Positions 58,464-64,000 of a stretch of DNA of 64,000 bases are shown here, one piece after another. Positions within the stretch are counted from its first letter, which is position 1. Each line of letters starts with the position of its first letter. Location of the stretch: the NCBI RefSeq assembly GCF_964355755.1, contig NC_092673.1:12000948-12064947 (forward strand). The letters are read 5' to 3'. A program made the translations under genes and the position numbers. The notes beneath the pieces were generated by a model that was not told where the DNA came from, ran no database searches, and was given only the letters and a program-made list of their open reading frames with translations. The DNA comes from Antedon mediterranea (Eukaryota > Animalia > Echinodermata).

Positions 58464-59353
58464 TGTCACGATAAATATAGTCCGGGGCCAAAATCGGTCC
58501 GGCCGGACCAGTTTTGGCTCTAAAATAGTGGCCAAAAGGAAAAGCAGTCTGCCACTGCCAAAATCGGTCCGAACTTTTCTTCTGTCGATTTTAATTGAAT
58601 TACTAGGCCCCTAGCCTAGGCCTATGATGCTGTTTTAAGTTGTTTATGGCTAGAAAAATATCCCATGATATATATTAGTAAGGTTATCTTGTCGGATAAA
58701 TACTATAAATAAATGTATTTTATCTAAAAACATGACTTTAGGTGTTCACTCATATTTCGGCCTGCCACACACTCACATGAACGCTGATATTGCCAGCTAG
58801 ATTTTATTTATGATTGAGGCCTTTTTCCTTCCTCAGCCTAATCAATATTGGATAATTGATTTATAATAATTGTATTGAATTTATATATTGATTGATTAAC
58901 CATAAATAATTAATAAATTTAATTGTTTTTAACATCATGGGGAAACGAAGATGTTAAAAAAGAACAAAATAGATTAAAAACAGGCAGAGATACATATTGT
59001 ATACAAAAAGCCTAACAATTAGTACTAATTATTGATGAGTTACTACTAATAATGATAATAAAAAAAACAGGCTTAATTTATAATATTAATAAAATAACAA
59101 ATAAAACCCCGTAGTTTTCAATATAATGACTAATCATGGCCTTTTTTTAATGATATATACATTATGACTCATTTTGCGCACCATATTTGTAAGACCGGAC
59201 GATATTTGGCGGCCAAAAACAGTCCTACTGCCCGGACCGATTTTATCCAGGCCGGACAGGTTTTGGCAGCCATAAATGGTCCCCCGGACTGATTTTGGCA
59301 GCCAAAACTGGTCCGCCGGACCGATTTTGGCCCGGACTGATTTTGGTGTGACA
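58464..59353. mobile_element. Non-autonomous TIR element with TGT..ACA termini and 4-bp TSD (Ginger-like)
   Basis: gcca|TGTCACGATAAATATAGTCCGGG ... CCCGGACTGATTTTGGTGTGACA|gcca; gccaaaatcggtccg subterminal repeats. Confidence 0.75.
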
Positions 59354-60533
59354 GCCACATAGCTGTAGGCTAGCTAGCTAGTAGAGCCTCTAGCCTAGGC
59401 TAGTAGGGGCCTAGAGACTATTAAAGTAAAAGTATAAAATAAGGTAAACAGAAAAATGGACCCATGATGAACGATCGGAGGCCGATCGTTTTATTACGTT
59501 TGGCCCGATCATCTTTGCCGTTGACGTTGATCTCGATAGTCTTAATCATTATTCATTGGGCCCAATAGCCAAGCGGCAAGTGTATCATTTGTAAATCAGT
59601 TCTAGGGGCCTATGGTAGGGGGTGCGGGACTCGGACGATAAGACTATAAATGTACACAATTGCTAAAATTGTACATTTTGACAAACTTTTATAATTTTAA
59701 TAGAAACTTAAAAATACAGGTATAACTAATAATAATAGTGTCGCCAAAAACAACAACTAAATTCATATCTAGAAGGGCCCTGTATTACCTAGACCTTCAA
59801 GGATCGGTACTCGGACGCCCTCAATGTTTTGTTTATATTCACATTTTTTCAATAAAAAATTATTTGTAATATTAGATTTGTATAGAGATATTGAATTACT
59901 TTAAAAAATGCGATCCACTAATTAATTTTAGTTATTAATTACATGTTTTTATATATAGCGCCACCTACTGTCCAACTTCTAAAACAGGGTACCATTTTGG
60001 TTCTTGGTATTTGAAGCCCTTTATCAGCCTTATCCATGTGTAGCGGCCATTTTTTTTTTTTTTTACAACGAAGTAAGAGTTAAGAACCAACTATTACTTT
60101 TTACACATTGTGAATAATTTTGGTGTAGATTTAAAGACCTATGACCTTATAAGTTTCTTTAAAAACCCAAAATCATGTGTGACCTTGAACTTGACCTTAC
60201 ATAAATTACTGTTTTAGAAGCGATGTTCATGGAAAATTGTAATTTTTTTCGGTTACCCAGCGACGTGACATCGGTAATGAATAATTCATGACGAAAAATT
60301 ATTTGATTGGTCAATATTTTATACATATCCATAAGTAAACAGTATCAGGTGTCCGAGTACCAACAATGTCCGGGTACCGCGCCCTCTCCCTAGGCCTAGT
60401 TTATAATTGAGTTCTCGGCATACTCTCAGATGGCAGATAAAACCTAATGAAAGTAAAAGTAAAACAGTACTGAATTTTGTTAATTTATATTTAAAATAAT
60501 GTTTAAAAAAACAATTCTTGATTTTGTAGAAAA

Positions 60534-60989
60534 ATGGACACTGGTTCACTATGCAGTCCTCTTACTGGGAACCACGGAGCTCAAAAAGGAAAAAGACGCC
60601 GTTCTTGGTTTGTTGGTACACCACATAAACAGAACTTGGAAGTACAAGATGATATTCCTGTTCTTAAACTGACTTACTTTACAAAAAAAGTTATTCTATG
60701 TTTTGACGATGTTTTAATTGGAAAAATTAAAACATGCTATTTACGTATTGAGAATCCTTGTGATTTTATTCAGAATGTCTATCTAGAAAAGTTTCCTTTT
60801 GAGAAAGGATTTGATATTGCTAAAACAGAATGGACATTACAAAGTGAAGAACATTTGCTAGTACCAATCACCTGGTGTCCTGTGGAAGAGGGAAATGTAA
60901 GACAACTGGTGACTTTCAAATTTGAAGGAATGCACAGACTTCAAATCATAATTGTCGGTACAGCTAAGATACAAAGTTCACAAAAAAAG
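60534..60989 (+). CDS. ASPM: Abnormal spindle-like microcephaly-associated protein, first coding exon (ASH domain); gene continues beyond the window
   Basis: PVLKLTYFTKKVILCFDDVLIG...IENP...FPFEKGF...ITWCPVEEGNVRQLVTF...IIVGTA matches the ASPM/Asp N-terminal ASH domain. Acceptor tttgtag at 60529; donor AAG|gtacgt at 60990. Confidence 0.9.
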
Positions 60990-61669
60990 GTACGTTTATC
61001 AATATCTTACTACTTAAAAAGGGATTCTGGGTTTGAAATTGCTTTTAAATAACAAATATTATAACAATATAGACATGTCAGAATGAAGAAGTAATAACGA
61101 GAAATTAAAAAAAATAAATTTAATATACATTTTAGGGTAAATTCATGGAAAGTCTGTTTTTCAGCAGCTTAGGGAAGCTTGTTAATGTTCATGAGATATT
61201 CACAAAATCACGTCATCACTCTGGATTCCAAACTCGCGACGTCATATACATGTATGTTGTGTTTGTCAACTAATTTACATCTCTCTCCCCTGTCAAACGA
61301 CGACCACCCGATCATTGTGAAATACATTTTTTGTAGATTTTCTAAGCTAGGCCTAAATTGTATTAATAACAGTAGCATAATTATGATTATTTGACATTTA
61401 ATGAAATACGAAATTTAGTACAGATCATGGATGTTATGTATTATATTGTATTTAAGTTATGCTGCCCTCTATGTTAATAAAACACACACAAAATGGCCCT
61501 GTGTAGTTGCGTGTCGAACGTCTCACGTGTTGAGATAAAGTAGAACATAACAATGGAGTCATAAATTATACTATTTTTATACCCCTATAGTACAGATATC
61601 GTAAATTATCAGCTTCACATACTACACTAGCCTAAATCATTTTTTGTTATGGGTGAAAGCCAATCTGAC

Positions 61670-63786
61670 TAGGGATTCCCTACGCTCGCGCTAAGGTCAA
61701 ATTTTCGTTCGCCAGAATGGCGAAAGGTTTTGAGAAACATTAGCCAAATTGAAAATCCTTTAGCCAAATTTAAAAAACCATAAAAATTCGCAAAAATGTT
61801 TATTAAATAAATAATGCATGTATTTGTTTGTTATTTTACTTCTTTTACATTTATATTATTATTAGGTATCCCAATAAAGCTGATTTTCGTTACTGCGATT
61901 TTAACACGTTCGTGAAATTTCAAAAAGTGACGTGTCTTTGAAGTTAAAAATATACTATTTCTTATGTACCCATGAGAATAAAAATTATATGCCTGGAAAG
62001 ATCTTGTTTAAGGGATTGTTTTTATATATTTTTAATCTATGTTTATTAAATATTTTAATAGAAAACGCTAGTTAAAAATGAGGTACAAAAGCCGAAATCC
62101 GCGCGCTAAAAATAACTTTGGAAAACACCTACCCATTTTCGCACCCGATCGCACGAGGTCCATAATAAGTGGTGGAGTAATTTTTGTTGCATGTTATCAG
62201 GCTTTAAATACTCTTTATTTTGATATGTAAATCGGTTATTATTATTATGTACATCCGCCTCATATGTCAATTTTAACGATAAAAATTGAATTTTTGAGTC
62301 TTTCTCATTATCAAAATCTGGCTAATTTAGTATTGAATTAAAGCTAATTTATATTTCTGTTTGATAAAACCACATCGTTTTATTTGACTTTGCGTGGACC
62401 TCGTGCGAAGAAGCCAACAAGACCAACCACTGAAAAAAATAATCCCTACCATAAATATCAGTGTTTACCATTTTCCTTACGGGGGATTCAGTTCTCCGCT
62501 TATTACTAAATTACCGTCGCCCAGGCAATGTGCATGGTATGCATGTATTAGCGCGTTAATTAATGATTCGATAACCCTCGCAGTGGACTGTTCCATTTTC
62601 TGAACTAGTCTTCGCCGCACACGAGGCATGTCGAAAAATGTCGCCTCTCATCATGGAATATTTGCTTCGAAACGTCAATTTTACCGATTTATTAAATTAT
62701 TTAATAAGTGGAATATTTATCAATCTATTATAAAACAAGTACGTTAGGAAGAAATGTACCGCAGAAATTTAAGAAGCTTTGAATTTGCTATGCAGCGGCC
62801 GTAACCCATTCTATGTAGGCGGCCGAAACGCGCTTTGGCCAGGGTTGCCGTTGTAGGAGGAGTATACGCTGTTTCTTAGCTATTCAATTTAAAGCGCAAC
62901 TTTCGGTTAGAATAATCGAAAGGGAAATAAAATTAAACATGTTAACATTATACTATTGAGGTAATTACTTTGTTAAATTTAAAATTCCCCTTTTTAAATA
63001 ACAGAACAGCCTCGTTTACGGAAGTAATCGTCCACATTTGGAGTGGAGCTGTGGCTTGGTGGTTATGATGCTTGGCTACCAATCTAAGGGTCCTGGGTTC
63101 AAGTCCTGTCATATGTCAGGGTTTTTTTCTCATGACAATTTACAACTCCACTCCCAAAGACTTAATAATAAGTCTTTGTCTATGTAGAGCATCTTGTGTA
63201 TATGTTTGTCTTATATGTTCTAGTGCAGTATATGGAGAGCCATCTCGATAGTGCTTTGCACTCATGGCAATCCTCAGGGTGCTGCACCGCTGTGTTGTCA
63301 TGTATGTTTGCCTGAAAATTAAATAAAATAAAATAAAAAAAATAAAATAAAACATGTTGCTGTTTACATTTTCTTCTCGAAGTTCATTTTCTACGTCGAA
63401 GAATAGGGACTTCCCCTTTTAGTTTTATTCGCTCATCATCACGTCGACGACGGCCGGCCACGAACCAATCACATTAACTGTGTGTCATTAAAACGTCATC
63501 GAGGCACGCTCTGAGCATGTTTAAACAGAACTAAAAAAAATGAATAAGGCGATCATGACGTCGTCACATAAAATGCTGTGGTGGTAAAAAGTGTACCCGA
63601 GTCAGAAAGTACCGAAGTGTGGCGAATTGTCGCTCCCATAAGAAGTCACGCCGATCAGGCTAGGCCTAGGCTTGGAAATGTGTTTTCGCCAATTTGGCGA
63701 ACGAGGCAATAATTATTTTCGCCAAATGGAGACTCCAGTCGCCATTGGCGAATTGGCGAGCGGTTAGCGCGAGCGTAGATTCCATG
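61670..63786. mobile_element. Probable hAT-like non-autonomous element in the ASPM intron
   Basis: CTACGCTCGCGCTAA near 61680 and TTAGCGCGAGCGTAG near 63764-63778; ttcgcca/tggcgaa subterminal repeats at both ends. No TSD recognised. Confidence 0.55.
63045..63352 (+). mobile_element. tRNA-derived SINE
   Basis: A-box TGGCTTGGTGG, B-box GGTTCAAGTCC, about 230-bp body and an (AAAAT)n tail at 63320-63352. Confidence 0.75.
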
Positions 63787-64000
63787 TCACGATGGCTACG
63801 GGCCTAGCTAGCATACTAGACAATTGGCCCATAAATAACAAAACTCAGTGGATTCCAAACCCATCCTATCAACCAAACTCCTAAACAATCTAAACCTAAA
63901 ACGTTCTTCAAAATCGGCTGTAAATATTGAGGCAAAACTAGGGCTAGGTCCGATCGCCGTCCGCACGTATGGTGTCCTGAATATCGTCTAAAACAGTTTA

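Noticed and set aside
63045-63120. Possible tRNA gene
   Set aside because: A/B boxes are present, but there is no clean cloverleaf and it continues into a body with an A-rich tail, so it is a SINE head. Likewise for 16018-16109 and 40559-40625.

Overview
AT-rich, intron-containing animal genomic DNA. It looks like a marine invertebrate, plausibly a deuterostome such as an echinoderm, but this is an inference from the repeat types and composition. Three host genes lie on the + strand: (i) the last two coding exons of a probable taperin/phostensin-like PP1-binding protein (1643-5921); (ii) a complete 7-exon SET/TAF-I histone chaperone gene (20231-26922, 287 aa) whose second intron is a minor-spliceosome (U12-type) GT-AG intron; (iii) the first coding exon of ASPM (ASH domain, 60534-60989), with a candidate CCAAT/CHR cell-cycle promoter near 58.05 kb. 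The rest is a dense, often nested mobilome. It includes decayed LINEs, a Penelope-like element, tRNA-derived SINEs, Helentron-type HINEs, and many non-autonomous TIR/foldback elements with readable target-site duplications (3, 4, 5, 8 and 9-10 bp, TTAA, AT). The most notable signals are the U12 intron, minimal type-I hammerhead ribozyme motifs on the minus strand (one with a U3-A8 compensated core), a 6.6-kb doubly nested palindrome whose ~370-bp subunits carry stacked AGGTCA nuclear-receptor-type sites, and CTAG/AGGCCT palindrome-rich tracts around both the SET and ASPM 5' ends. No prokaryotic system or CRISPR array is present. All family assignments come from motif recognition by eye, not database searches.
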